DNA of 64,000 nt from Vicugna vicugna (taxonomy: Eukaryota). Under the pieces are notes generated by a model. The model was given only the letters and a program-made list of their open reading frames with translations, was not told where the DNA came from and did no database searches. Of this stretch, positions 35,696 through 49,727 are shown in pieces. The translations under genes were made by a program, and so were the position numbers. Positions within the stretch are counted from its first letter, which is position 1. Each line of letters begins with the position of its first letter. The DNA is taken from the NCBI GenBank assembly GCA_013265495.1, contig MU061579.1:730872-794871 (forward strand), read 5' to 3'.

Positions 35696-37254
35696 TAATG
35701 GCATTCCTCTCTGGAATTCTACTTCACATCTCAAGTTATGGGAAGTATACAGCTATCTGTTGGACCCTAAATTTTCTGAATTTCTGATCATCATATATGG
35801 AGGAAGAAACATCTATTGTGAAGATTAAGCATTCTTGTCTAGCTTTTCTATCATAAGAGGCTGTAACTAGCATTGCGTAGTGTAGCAAAGGCTATTATTT
35901 GAGCAACTGACTTTGATTTCACATAAAATAGAATGTACATATGACGGCCCAATAATAATGACATGATTATTATAGTGGTTCAGAAAGGTATTTCTAAACA
36001 CTTGCTGATCCTTGCCAGTTTGTCTTTGCCACTGAGGAGTGTGAGATGCTGTTATTTAATGCATTTGACAGTGGATTATAGTAGAATTAAATGCTAGTGG
36101 AAACAAAGTTCTCTTAATGGCTCTGAATAATCTAAATGTAGAAATTATTCTAGTTCAATGGAGGGTAAAATTATAGGATGTTGAATTCTTTCCAACAAGA
36201 TGAATTGGGAAGATGGGATATGGAGATTAAACGCAGACTACTGTACAGGTTTGTACTATAACACCAGGAAGACAATTAGGCTGGAAGAGTGGGAGAGAAA
36301 GACAGAATTCTAGAACACAGAGAGGGGGATTCCAGTTCATTAACTATAGGGCTGTCATGGAGCTCACAGACTTTGTGACAGTATGGTGAAGATAAATAGT
36401 TCTAAAAACTCCTCCTGTTCAGTGATAAAAATTCCAACTAGTGAAAAGATTTTTGCATTTGTGGTTGAATGGTCTTTGCTGGATAAAACTGAAATGATGA
36501 CATGTCAGCTCATTTCATCTGTTGTGAAGTTTTTTCAAGAAAAGTTCTTGACCTACTATTTGTTTTCTTAAAAGAGGGATAGGTGATTAAAATATCTTAC
36601 AATTTTTTGGCAGAATATCACTATGCATACTAAAGCATTATTATATATTTGGATACATTATATATTTGCCTTTGCATTATTACATATTTAAATATATATT
36701 CAAATATATATTATATATTTGAATGCTGCTTACTAATAAGAATCTGTATTTAACTTTCAAATCTGTTGTTTACTGATCACTTACATGATCAACAATGTTT
36801 TCTTGAATAGCTGCATAATACACTGCATCATGCTGGGCAGTGGTAATGTAAAAGTGCATCAAATCATCTCCGTCCTAGACAAACTGCACTCAGTCCAGTT
36901 AAGGATCTAAATGTGCCCAACATATTATGACATGATCCTTTTAATAAAGTAATTGGGCCATATGTAGGCCATTTGGAGACCACAGGATTGGTCATGTTCT
37001 GGATTAGATGCTTTTAGGAAAAACTTCACAGAGGAAACTGTATATTGTGGAATACAGGTGTTATAAGGATGTGCTAAAACATGGGTAGAGAAATGGCAGT
37101 GCAAGAAAACATTAAGGATCTGAAATGTTATTAATATCAGGGACATGGGGAAAGAATGCTAGATGAAACTGGTAATACTGACAGAAATAATATGATAAAG
37201 GATCCGGCATGTCAAACTTTGAGAGTACTAATGTCTAACGAGTGATGGATACTG

Positions 37255-37600
37255 TAGCAGACAGGGTAGGTTAGGTTATATTGTCACAGAAAATGACACC
37301 ATATTTTCGATGGCTAAAACCACAACTTCCATTCTTCCCCTCACAAAACACATCCAATTAAGGCCATTCACCACACTGGTCCATGTTGTCCTCACTCAGG
37401 GTCCCAGGTTTATGAAACACCATTTTTCTGGCTCAACACTAGTTATAACAGTGGGAACTGTTTCTTAATACTTTAAGACAAAAAATGTCATGTGTCCTTT
37501 CTACTCATATTTAACTGGCCAAAGCAAGTCATGGGGCCATTACTGATCCTGAAGAAAAGGAAATGGAAACATTCGGTAAATGATACTACAATCTATCATA
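37255..37600 (-). mobile_element. MLT1K/L-like MaLR LTR
   Basis: cagggtaggttaggttat..., gtcctcactcagggtcccagg and actggccaaagcaagtcatggggcc. Confidence 0.6.
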
Positions 37601-38084
37601 GATACACAGGGATTATTTACACATTAAGCAGAGAGGTTGATGTAATAAATCATTTATCCTATCTCAAAATCATTTTGGAGTTCAGAAAGCATGGAATGGA
37701 GTTTAAGAACTTGTTGCTAATATCCACGGTAAAAAGAATCTGACAGAGTCACTGCAGTGGAGAACAGAGAAAGAAATTGAGTTCTTTTTTGAGGTGTCAA
37801 ATTCTTAAAACTTAACAATGACTGAAAACTGAGCAAGAGAGCAAAATCTAGATTTTTTTTCCTGGTGTATTAAAGGTGTAGATATCAGAGTTGATGGAGG
37901 AATCACTGTTTGTATAAGGGAATTAAAGAAAAGGAGAAGCTTGATTGCTAAGATGATATTCCAATGCTAGAAAAAACATCCCTTAGCAAGACAAATAATT
38001 TGGACAGTTAGCAAAGCCTAGCCTTAGACCATGAAGTTACATGCTTAATGTCATTTTATGCCAATCATTACTTGTAAAGTTTTT

Positions 38085-38270
38085 GGAGTCAGGCATACTT
38101 GACTTGAATCCTAGCCTTATGTCTTGCCAGGAGAACAGTATTAGACAAATGACCTAGCTTTCCTAAAGTAAATTTGCTCGTACATATGATGAGGATAATA
38201 AAGATGCTTATTTTATAGGTTTGCTGAAAGCTATAACATAAAGCATGCATAATGCTAAATAAAATGACAT
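38085..38270 (+). mobile_element. MIR SINE
   Basis: tttggagtcaggcatacttgacttgaatcctagc...gatgaggataataaagatgcttattttataggtttgctgaaag. Confidence 0.65.
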
Positions 38271-38761
38271 CAACTTACAAGTCTTTATTTTAAAGTTTTT
38301 TCAAAAATTTTGAAAGATGTTAATCTTTGGGTTTTGGGAATAATAAATGGAATTCCTGGGAGTTCTTGGGAATCTCAAATCACTGGTTTTCTGGAATTTC
38401 TTTAATACTTTATATGTATTAAATTTTGTGATAAATATATATTTCAATATCATGAAGATTATGTGCATATGCTGTAGATATTTGAGAGTGAAACCATTAG
38501 GAAGGAGAATATTAACACATATAAATGGCAAAGTTTTTAAAATGCCCAATAAAACCATTTACACATTGAAAGATGATATTGTAACACTGAATACTTAAAA
38601 GTTATCATTTATTACTCTCCAGATATAATCTTAAACATGCAAAATATTAATTGCTTTATGTAATTGTTTTGGTCTTTGTTTCATGACATGTATGTCAGAG
38701 GTAGAATTTTTTTTTCATTTTCTGTTGACAGTTGAATTAAGTATGTTTATCAAAGCGTCTC

Positions 38762-38805
38762 CATGTTCATCACTAATATGCATGTTCATCACTAATATGC
38801 ATGTT
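38762..38805. repeat. 19-bp tandem duplication (2.3 copies)
   Basis: catgttcatcactaatatg twice, followed by catgtt. Confidence 0.95.
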
Positions 38806-41800
38806 GATTCTTTTCCATTTTTATGATAAAAATATTTGTCTGCTTACACTGATTTTCGTTCTATCTTTGAAATTGACACCATTTTTCTTAATTCAAAACT
38901 GTGATCATTTTCTGTTTCATGTGTGAGGGAGCACTCCACAAGAACATTCACCCTTTCTTTCCTTTGTATTCCTTCTGTTAAAAACATTTACAAAGAATTG
39001 TAGCCTAGAGCAAATTTTTAAGCACTGTAACATTCTAGTGAGCATTATTGGATAGTATTCAAATAACATATTTGATTGTTCTAGCGAGGTTAACGGCGCT
39101 ACACAGGATTATGTGTTGAAACTGACATTTAAGTACTTATTTTGCTTCTAAAACTTATTATTTTTTAGGACACTACTCATAGAATTTGTATAAAGTACAG
39201 TATGTGATTAAGCTTATTTGCTCTGCAGTAATGTCTTAACATTTATAGCAGAAAAGTCCATGACTGGATCTATAGAACATAACAACAGCTACAAGTAAAA
39301 ATCTGTGTTTCTCTTATGAGCTCCTGTCTAGATTTCCAGAAATGTCAACCTTAAGTTTTAATAATACTCTGCTCTTGCTTCAAATGACGTCAGTGCTTTC
39401 TTTGAACCAATAACATCTCTATGTAAACTTTAATTCCTGTGGGATAATTATATTGTTAAGTGATATCATGTATTATTAAATATTATGTTTCCCTATTTTC
39501 TCATTTTATTTTTATCAGGAATCAGGATTAAAGAATCATAAATATCCTAAGAATTTCCAGAAGCAATTTCCACATGGAAACATTAACTACCACAAGTTAA
39601 GGACCCAGGAATGTTATATGCCTTTTTCTCTTCTTCCTCCTTATTATCTTTTTCTCTCTCTCCTTGTCTAATAGTTTTTTCCTTATGATGATCATCTTCA
39701 TCTTCACCATAGTTACTATGTATCAGGATAATATGGGAAAAGGCAGCTTAGGAGCCATAGGGGCCTGGTTTCTTCTGGGTTCTGCTAGCAAATACTTAAT
39801 ACAAGTAATACTAACACTGCAATTCTGAGAGCATTAAGTGGAATGTGTATTGGGACAGGTACATAATACATACTCAATATATTTGACCACAGCAATCAGT
39901 AAGCGTGTCTATGTTTGTAAGCATAGCAGACACACAGACACTAGTGTTAGTAAATTAAGGAGAATATATGGGGCTAACTATTTCTCCTTTTTTAGTTTGA
40001 ACACATTTTTGGTAAGGGATTGACCTAGAGATTGTCACAGAGCACAACTCTTTAATGGAAATGTTCCCATGATTCAAATAATCACAGTGGTTTTACAGAC
40101 ATTTCTTTTGACATTATTAGCAAAATTTAAGGAAACAAAATCAGGTCAATTACTGGAAAAAATAAAGCTCCACATATGAATTATACTCTACATTCAAATT
40201 GCATACATCCCAATTTTGTATTACTTCTAAGGGTGCACTGTTTTAGGTGAGAACTGATGCTCAGAAAGACCATTATGAGGCATAACTGACATGCTGGAAC
40301 ATTAAGAAAAAAAAATTCAGTCATTCTAATTAGAATCTTCCTTCCAGAAAGCTGGAATTATACTTTGCTTTCAACTACAAGATTTGACATACAAAATAAA
40401 TGTTTTCCCATCTTTATCACAAGAATGATGCAGTGAACTAGCATTCTGCCTTCCCCTGTGGCTTGATCTTTCCAGGTAATGGAGGCTGCATGGACTTTCC
40501 AATGGTTTGAATGGAATCATAGGCATTATTAGCCTCAAGGCATTTAATGAGTGTCTTTCTGAGAAAGTTATTATGCATATTATTCATGCCTGTATCCATC
40601 TTCTTAAGAAAAATAATCTTATTTGGCAAAAGTAGAATAATTGTTCAAACAGATTTTAAGAAAAGAAAGAAAGAAATCTGCTTTGAGTCATGTGTTGCCC
40701 ATCTCCAGTATTTTTCCTGTGGCACAGGTATTCCTTCTTTCTTTCTGTCCTATTCCAGTGGAGCAAGCTGATCCAGAAATATTTAATGAGGTGAAACGTA
40801 TTCTACAGGCCACTCAGATTTGCCACTGAATAGCTCACTTTGCAGCAGAGACAAGATCTGTCACCTTGTGGGCCCTGAAATGTCCAGAAGACCACAGATC
40901 ATTTCTACAGGACTGAACCCTCAGGGAGTTGAACAGACGAGCTTCTATTTTAGTAGTCCAAAAGGAAAAAATTGGGTATTCTCAGCTCTTTCTCAACCTT
41001 TTGAAAAATATATTCCAAATCATACATTGACCTATTAATTTACATGTACTAAACGGTTGTTATACATTTTAGCAACATCTTGTAGAATTAGGGAGATACA
41101 AAGAACTTATAGCTGAAACTTCTTTCACTGTATTTCTTTTTTAAGTGAAATTTATTCCATAGCATTTCAATCCTGTTCTCCTGGACTTAAAGATATGCTA
41201 TCATCATATTGCTTATGAGACAATTTTTTTCCAAGAACAAAGAGAGTAATTTTGAATGTTAAAAATGGGGTAACAATGTACTTCAGATACAAATTTGATT
41301 TCAGTCTTATTCTTTTTTAGTGGCTTTATACTAAGTCTAGATTTGCTTTAGTTTCAACCTCTTCCATAGACTTTAATAAAAGAAATAGAAAAACTCAATA
41401 AAATTGCAGAGATTCCACATTTCAATAAGATTAGTACTTGGCTAAGTGTAGAATTTAAATTATTCATTTACTTCTGTCTTCAATTCAAGGCTCTAGTCAT
41501 TCGAGAAACACTTTCTGCAGACTTTTGCATGCACAGATTCAAGGAATGTTTTCTCTTTGCGTTTCATGTGAGATTAGAGGAGCATCTCCCAGCCCTAGAA
41601 ATAATACTGCACAAAACAAAGACAAAAGCAAAAACTAAAAATCCCCAAAGTGTATCCCTTTTTGCCCAATTCAGTCATTCTTGCTAGTCTTCTTTTCAAG
41701 GAGCCAGGGTGTCCCCACCCATGGATAGGAATATGCAGCCAGTCATGATGATAGAAATCATTAGAGTTCTCTAAAATATGCCTACAAGAAGATTTAGGGC

Positions 41801-42879
41801 AAATTTCCTCTAGAGGTCTTTGAAAGTATCCAAACATTTCATAGAATTTCTTAAAAGATTAAGGATTAACTAAATTCTTAATGACACCCTCTTGACTTAA
41901 AGTTCTCATATTAAACAGAGAAATCAGCCACCTTTTCCCCATATTATCAATTTTTGTAGATTATTTTGAAGGATAAATGAGTTATCTGAACTGAAAATTT
42001 AGCTAAGTGCAACAGATTTGTGATGCATCAGACTTAGTCATCCATCCTCCCTCATTTTGTAGTTTATAAACAGACTTCCCTAGTCTATAACCTTTGTTTC
42101 CCATCTACTTATAGCCTATACACTGTGACTCTACAAATACTGCTAAGAAAGCTCAATATTCCAAAGTGTGATCGTTACACACTGCCCCCACACAAACAAA
42201 CCATCCATGAGTTGTGCTTGAGTCAACACGACACTCTTTCTACGATATTGCAACTGACAGTTTACAGCTTACAAGACACAATTGCTATTTCTATATTCAT
42301 AATAAAGACCCAACTTTGAATAAGCAAGTGTAGGAGTACAGTGGCCATAGGAAAAGTAAAAAGAACAAAATTGTAGATCAGTCTGGTCCTTCTTTCTGCC
42401 TGCACATTGAGTTCAGTGTAAACACCTTGCTCCCAGGAAAATTCATAGCCCACAAGATGATCATGCCATAAATTTGTCCTTGGCAATGGTATTTTACCAA
42501 AGAAAATCTCTTGACTTCCAATGGCCTTAGAGGCATAGACTTGGATTTAATTTTCATTTCCATCACATTACTAATTATGCAACCTAATTTAATTTATTAA
42601 TGAATCTATTCCTGTTTTCTCATCTATGCAGATAATATGTTTTTCTCCATCAACAGTTGTCATGGAGATCAAATAAAGAAGATAGTTGGCATAAAAGATG
42701 TTGCAAAATGAGGGGCAGAGAAAATACTGACAAAACCCACTAAGAAAAGAAAGTCTTTGCATATTTACTTGTTCTTTAATACATATTTTTGAGAGACGTA
42801 ACTAGGTCTGGCTTTTTTCCTGCATAAACAATGACTGATAAATGATAGAATTCAGTAAATTTTTATTAGCTGAGTGCTA

Positions 42880-43275
42880 CTCTCCTTTTTGAACTCAGCT
42901 TCTACCATAATTCCTTCCTTTCTTATTGAAACCAAGCTACACTAGTTTTTCTGCTGTTCTTAAAACACATCAAACTCATCCCCATCTCAGGACCTTTACA
43001 TGCTTTATTCCATGAGCCTGAATTGTGCTCCCCTGATATATTCAAGAGGATTGTTCTCCTTATCATTCAATTTGCTGCTTAAATATCATGTTCTCAAGAA
43101 GGCCAAGCCCCAGCCCCAATATCTAAAGCAACACACCACACCAACACTCTGCCTTCTGCACAGTGCATGTAGCCATCTAGCACTTCAATAGTATTTTTCT
43201 GTATCCCCCATGAAAAGAGAAACTCATTGAGCACAAGGATTTGGTCTATATTGTTGTCTTATATTTCTATCTCTG
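42880..43275 (+). mobile_element. L2 3' fragment
   Basis: gctgttcttaaaacacatcaaactcatccccatctcaggacctttacatgct...aaactcattgagcacaaggatttggtcta. Confidence 0.7.
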
Positions 43276-43302
43276 ACTGCATTTGCTGATTTATATTCGT
43301 GG

Positions 43303-43735
43303 CCAAAAAACATATGAAAAATTGTTCAGTGCTATTCATGATCTGAGAAATAACCACCAAGATCATAATGCATATCCTACACAAAATTGGTTAAAAAAAT
43401 AAAAACTGTGGTAATATCAAGTATTGGTGAGACTGTCAAACACAGGCTCTCCTATATTGATGACCGAGTGGAAGTGTTTGCAAACATTTTGAATAACACT
43501 TTGACAGCATCCCCTAAAATTAAACTTCACATAAAACGGGACACAGAAATTATATTCCAATTCATGCATATAAAAGAGGGGACATGGGCAAGAATGTGCT
43601 CGGAAAAAGCAGGAAATAACCCAATTTTCCATCAGTGTGAGAGAGAATAAATAAACAGTGGTCTATTCACACACGTAAAAAGTGACACAGAACTCTAAGT
43701 GAATGGTATATGGGTCAGAATTATCAACATGATTA
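43303..43735 (+). mobile_element. L1ME-like ORF2 3' end fragment
   Basis: aaacatatgaaaaattgttca, ggtaatatcaagtattggtgaga and taaataaacagtggtctattcacac. Confidence 0.7.
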
Positions 43736-43749
43736 AGCCATATAAACCA

Positions 43750-44475
43750 TTACTCTCACTCTTTTGCTGATATCCTGAATTCAATAAATAATCAGTATCA
43801 ATCCATTAGGCCTCCTCCATATCTCATGAATCCTTACACTGGTCTTTACTTTGAATGTCCTCACTGTTATTCATTGCATCAAAATATTTTGCATAAATTA
43901 ATGGAAAAAATCCTCTTAGATTTCCTCTTAAATCACTCCCCATCTTCTCTGCCATGAAGTCCAAATTTGATCGTTCGCATTTTGTGCTTTGTGTACCTGT
44001 CTAGCTATTTGTCCCTTCCCAGTCTGTAATCTAGGCTTACTAAAAAAATTTACTTACATGATTTTTGCCATTCCAGAATATTTTTACTTTTTCACCATTA
44101 GAATTGCTGCTTCTTCTACTTCAAATACACCATCAATAGTTCATCATCTCTGGAAAATATGTCTTCCATAAATTTAAGATCTCAACTTAGCATTTTAGCT
44201 TGGACATCACTTTAGCTCTGAGCTCTTCCTTATCCTGCTAAAGAACAGATTCTTGTCCTTCCTATTTGTATCAAACTGCCCTTTCTCCATGAGATCACAT
44301 CACATATATTACCCCTTTACTTGGTCATATTCTTCACTAAATAAAGCCTTAATGAAGCTTAATCTATAAGATTAATTACAGAAAATGACTCTTATTTGTG
44401 GTCATATTCCCGATTTTTGGCATGGTGCCTTGTACACAGTCATCCCTCTGTGTATTTGTTAAATTAATGAACAAA
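43750..44475 (+). mobile_element. L2 3' fragment
   Basis: Pyrimidine-rich, ending ggcatggtgccttgtacacagtc...gtatttgttaaattaatgaa (L2 tail). Confidence 0.6.
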
Positions 44476-47400
44476 GGAAAAGAGAATTTTGAATCGCAAT
44501 GTGCAAATTTTTGTATTTGCATGTGGGTAAAGCAAAATATCTTGTGAACTCAAGTGCCTAAACGTGTTGAATGAATATATTAACCTCTCCTTGCCTGGAG
44601 TGCTCAGATTACTTCTATTTCTGTTGATACATATTACATATTTTTAGTTCTTTAAATATCCTGATATAAGTTTTGGGGTAATTTTTACATTTTTAATAAT
44701 GGCTGGAAAATTGGGAAAGTAGGAAAAGCCTCTGGGTAATGCTCCATAAAACTAAGTGATAGTTGATCAAATGTTTATATGCAGCTGTTTTATAAATAAA
44801 TGAAAAAGTACTTTGCAAATAGTAAAATACCATGTAAAATTAAGATGTATTTACTCAAAGTGTACCAAGTACTAAATATATCTACTTTATTTCTCATTGT
44901 AAAACTAACAACCTAATTGTGTATACAAAAATTAGAACCACACAGCAAATATGTGATTTATAGGAAGTATGGGCTAGAAAAATATTTACATGGGGAAAAT
45001 CTCAGTATTGTCTAGAGAATAAAGACTTGAGAAGGACTGAACATTTTGTGAGCTTTAAACTGTAACCTGAGCAAAGTGTGGTTTTGGATACACCAACATA
45101 GAAAGGGCTAAGGGCAATTCAAGTGGCAGGGGAGCATTTTATTAAGCAAATGCAAAAAGAAAGATTTAGAATATCCTGTGTCACAATTAAGCTGTCAAGT
45201 CTCTGAATGGAGATGGGTGACAAAAATACTAGCAACCTCCTTTTTGATTTAGTACTGGATAAAGGGCAACCTGAATAGAGCTTGGGAATTACAGTTTGCT
45301 TTGGCTCCCTGCACACCCTGGAACTCAGTCGCTGCTTCAGGGCACAATTCAATTAATACTTTCCAAGGACCTAATTCAGTAATACAATGAATGGGAGTCA
45401 ATCTTTGTCATTGTGCATGTGGCTCGTAAATTATCTAGAATTTAAAAAACTTTACTGACATATATTAAAATGTAGAGATGGATATATGAGTTATTTTCTC
45501 CCAATGGCAGCAAAGGCTCAGTGGTCCATAACAATAGGGAGGTTTTCTGTGTTGTTTCACTGCTGAATCTCTAGGGTTGGCATATAGCAAGCAATCGGTA
45601 AGTTTGTGCTGAGTAAATGTAAGAATATACACTTAATTTATAATTTCATTTACATATTATGAATCAATTAAAAGAAGGGATATCTGGGTTTCAGAATAAG
45701 TAATTTTATATAGGAACTCTTTTTGATAGTTTGATGATTGCTCATTTATTGTATGTTAAGACTTCAGTAATATGGTGGAAAAGTAGGAAGAATTCATAAA
45801 TATCTGGGGATGAGGAGGGAGGAGAGGAAAAATGAGCAATTCATAGAAGCTATTTCTTAAGAAGTATCTGACTGTCCATTGGATAATCCAGGGCTCACAG
45901 AAAACACACAATTGGGTAAAACAATAGACTAAAGGAATTCAACCTAGATTCAGTACATGGTAACCAATGGGTACACGTGGCAAGAAACATATAGTAACAT
46001 TGAGAAAGAGAGGGTCATTCTAATATATATATACACAGCAACATCCTAGACAATGATTGTTGCCGTTCAGCAAAGTTCAGTCCCTCTGGATCAGGAAGAG
46101 GGAAGCAGGACCAATGTTTATAGTGGACTATAGACCTCATATTTAACCAGAGTCACAAGCAGCAAATCAGAGGTAGAACAGACCTGTAGCAGGATGTACG
46201 CCAGGAACACAGGGTTTCAGATCACAAAGGTAACTTAAGTAACTAGATCTTAGATGTGAGGCTGTAAGTTCTAAAACATATTCTACATGAGCTAATCAAA
46301 ATTAATTCAGATTCTGCAAATTTTTCAGCTGAAAGAGCTAAGGAGAGCAGCTATTCACTTTTTCTTTGTTAAATTGAAAATAAAGTGCTCTCCAGGAGAA
46401 TGGAGCCCCTGCTAAGCTGTAATGTCTTTGGGATTTACACTAGATGGTATATAGAGATTTACGCATATAGGTGAAGTTCTACTCAGTAAATGGGAGAGCT
46501 ACGCTAGCCACAGTAATTTTTCTAATACTGAAATACCTATATTAATTAACTAATTAATTACTTTTCATTCATTTATTGTAAATTTTATATGATCAATTAT
46601 TAAAAAGATAAATTTTAATTTTATAGATATATGTCTATTTCCTTTAAAAAAAAACGATGTGTATGTACTTTTCATACAGTGATTAGCCCAAGATATTTTC
46701 CTAAGCTATGGACCTACATTACAAAAAGTATTAGCAGAGAACTTCGAAAACAATTAGATCAAAGTTAGAATTAATTTAAAAAAACAGACAGACTTGACAA
46801 CATAAAAGTAAAAATTCTTTTGTTGTAAATTCGTCTAAAACAGGGCATTGCAAGTAAATGGGAGAAATTTAAAAAATGAAATAAAAGCAAGAAATGGAGG
46901 GATAGGTGGGATGGTTTTAGATGCATAATATAAATTAGAATCCAGGATCTGAGAAGTCTAACCAGGTTGAGTCTAGGATCTCAGGGAAGGTGAGCTAAGT
47001 AAGTGGAATTAGATTAGTTCTACAACAGACCGAAAAGAATAGTTCTATAGCATGACACAAAGAGAAACACAGTATCACAATCCAGTGAGATGTCCATCCC
47101 AAAGACCAGAGGGCAGAGACGTTGAGACTGAAAAAAATACTGAAGAATGACACTCTTGAGTAAATATATGCCCAGTTATAGCCAAAGTCTGTCAGTTGAC
47201 TTTAGGTAGAGGCATCATATTCCTTGATATGGAAAGACAAAAGTGGTAGGATTACTCTTTATTGCTGGAAAACTATACACAGTGCTCACATCTAGTGAAT
47301 ACAGCATAGGCAGATGGGCAGGTCTTTTAAAAAACTGCGACATGACCAGGGAGAGATAATCCCACAGGAAGGAGACTCTCCCAGGTTTAGTCTAGGGCTG

Positions 47401-48894
47401 CATCTCCATATTGCATTAGCTCTGAACATATGCAAATAAGTGCTTTGCGAGTGAGATGGGAGGTGTTGAGGCAGGTGGTGGTATGAGGGTGGGAACATTT
47501 CATCTGTCTGATGTGTTTGAGAACGCTGAGTCAAGGAAAACTAAAACATGTCTTAGTTACTAGAGCTTACAAAGCCCCTCATATCTTCATGCACATCATC
47601 AATCTCCAGGAGTGAAGTAGCCTACGTAGTAGGCCCTGCTAAACTTAATTGACCACAGGCTTAGTGTTTTTCATAGACCATCTTGCAGAACTGTCAAGTA
47701 TGCAATGCATTCTGGAGATTGCTGGGTTGGGAAATTAACAAAATTATTTTCGTAGTTTGGAAAGTATGACTTGAAGTAAGATAACTGTCAAGATGTATGA
47801 ACACAGGAACAGAAAAACAGGCAAACGTCAGCAAAGCAGGTTGGTTCAGAATCAGTTAATTTACATCAATTCAATCATTTATTAAATTCTTATTTTGTAG
47901 TCTAACACTGTGCTAGGCATTACAATGAGAACAATAAGACATTGCCTCTCCTCTCAAACGTTTTAATTAACTACAAAATTAAGAATTGATGTTTTCATTA
48001 GTTTTCGATTAGTATTCATTATTATTCTATTTGGTTTTAATGTTCACAATAATTCCACAAGGTAAGGATTATTATTCTTATTTTATATTTGAAGATTCTA
48101 TCATTAAATAACATATCTGAGGCCATATATCCAATACATGTTACTGGTTGTTAAAATGATAATTAATAATGTAAAGTAATATATATCTACTTGCTAACCT
48201 GTGTGTAAAGAAAAAACAGTACAAGCAGGTTAGTAATGAGAGGAAAACAAAATATCATTCCCTGAGTTATTTATGTTTTCTGATCATTTTAGACAGATGT
48301 TAACTCATTTAAACTTCAATCTTTTAGAAACACTCTAAATGTATACTATCAGCCGTATTTTACATGGCAGAAAGTGGAAGCTGGAAATCCTTACTAATAA
48401 AAGTTTGCTGATGGTAATAAAACACATAGTTAGTAGGGCTGTGTTTATGCCCAGAACCACAGATCCACTGAGTCCAAATCTTTTGTTGTTTCCACTGCAC
48501 TATTGTTTCCTGAATATGACAAAGCCGGTAAGGGTGGTATGAATTTGAGCAGGAAGACTGAAGAGGAAAGAGCCCCAATCCTTGTAAGAAAATGGGAGAT
48601 AAAATTGATCTGAGACATTGAAATCTGAGGTTTGTAGCAATGTCTGTCTCTCCATCTGTTCATTTTTGGATCTTGACTGGAAGAAGAAAGGGCTCAGTGT
48701 CTTCAAGTCATTGCTACTTCTCTACTCCTCCTCCCACACTTCCAACTTTATGGCAAGATTTTGTTAAAAAAAATCACTGAACATCTACCCATTAAAATGT
48801 GCACAGGTAAAGAAGTGTGCACTCCATACTGATGACAGCCATCGCACATCATATTTTCTATTCCAGCACTAACTCTAAACTCATACAAAATAAT

Positions 48895-49244
48895 TGTATA
48901 TGAATCATGATAGATTAACTTTTGTAACAACAACAATAAAATAAGTGGAATTAAATAGTAGTAAAAGTTTATTTTTTAACTCATGAAGAGTTTAACACAG
49001 AGGCTCCTGGATGCATGGCTGTCCTTCAAGCAGTGACCCAAACTCAGGCTTCTTTCGCTCATTGGCTCTACTATACCCTTGGAATTTTACCATTCTCCAG
49101 TGGATATTTGACATTTGGCCACTACACCACATCAGCCAGGAAATAGTCACATGATTCCAAGGGTGACTGGGAAAGGTAGATTAGCTCTGTGCTTAAGAGT
49201 AAAAGGAGAATCATCTGGTGAGCAATTAGCCAGAGTCTGCCACA
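48895..49244 (-). mobile_element. MLT1J/K-like MaLR LTR
   Basis: tgtatatgaatcatgatagattaacttttgtaacaa ... agtcacatg...gactgggaaaggtagattagctctgtgc...ggtgagcaattagccagagtctgccaca. Confidence 0.7.
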
Positions 49245-49727
49245 TCCCACCTTTCCTGACATAAAATGTCTGCTTCCCACATCTTGCACAAATATAGCAG
49301 ACATCTTTTACCCAAGAGATGTGTCAATCAGGGCTGATCAGGAAATTGAAATCTCCCCAGAATTTATAAAAGAAGAAATGACTTCATACAGGGAAACATA
49401 TGTTTAAAACAATTAAAAAGCTGAAGCACAAATGTCAGGGATAATTGCTGCTGACTTTGGCAAACGCAGAAAGTTTCTGATTTGAAGTAGCCACTATCAT
49501 GATTGCATTTGATCATAGCACCAGTAGGCTCTATATACCAACTCAAAAGCTGCTCAAAATTCATGTGTGCTCTCTTCCTACACAGCTTTCTTTCTCATGA
49601 AAGTGTCTTATCACTTGTGGAATCTAAACCAGATCTCTCTGGCAAGGAAAGCTGAGAAATATAATTTGCAAGAGCATTGCCTCTATTGCACAGAGACAAA
49701 GTAAGAAAAGCATAGAAGTTTGCAAGG

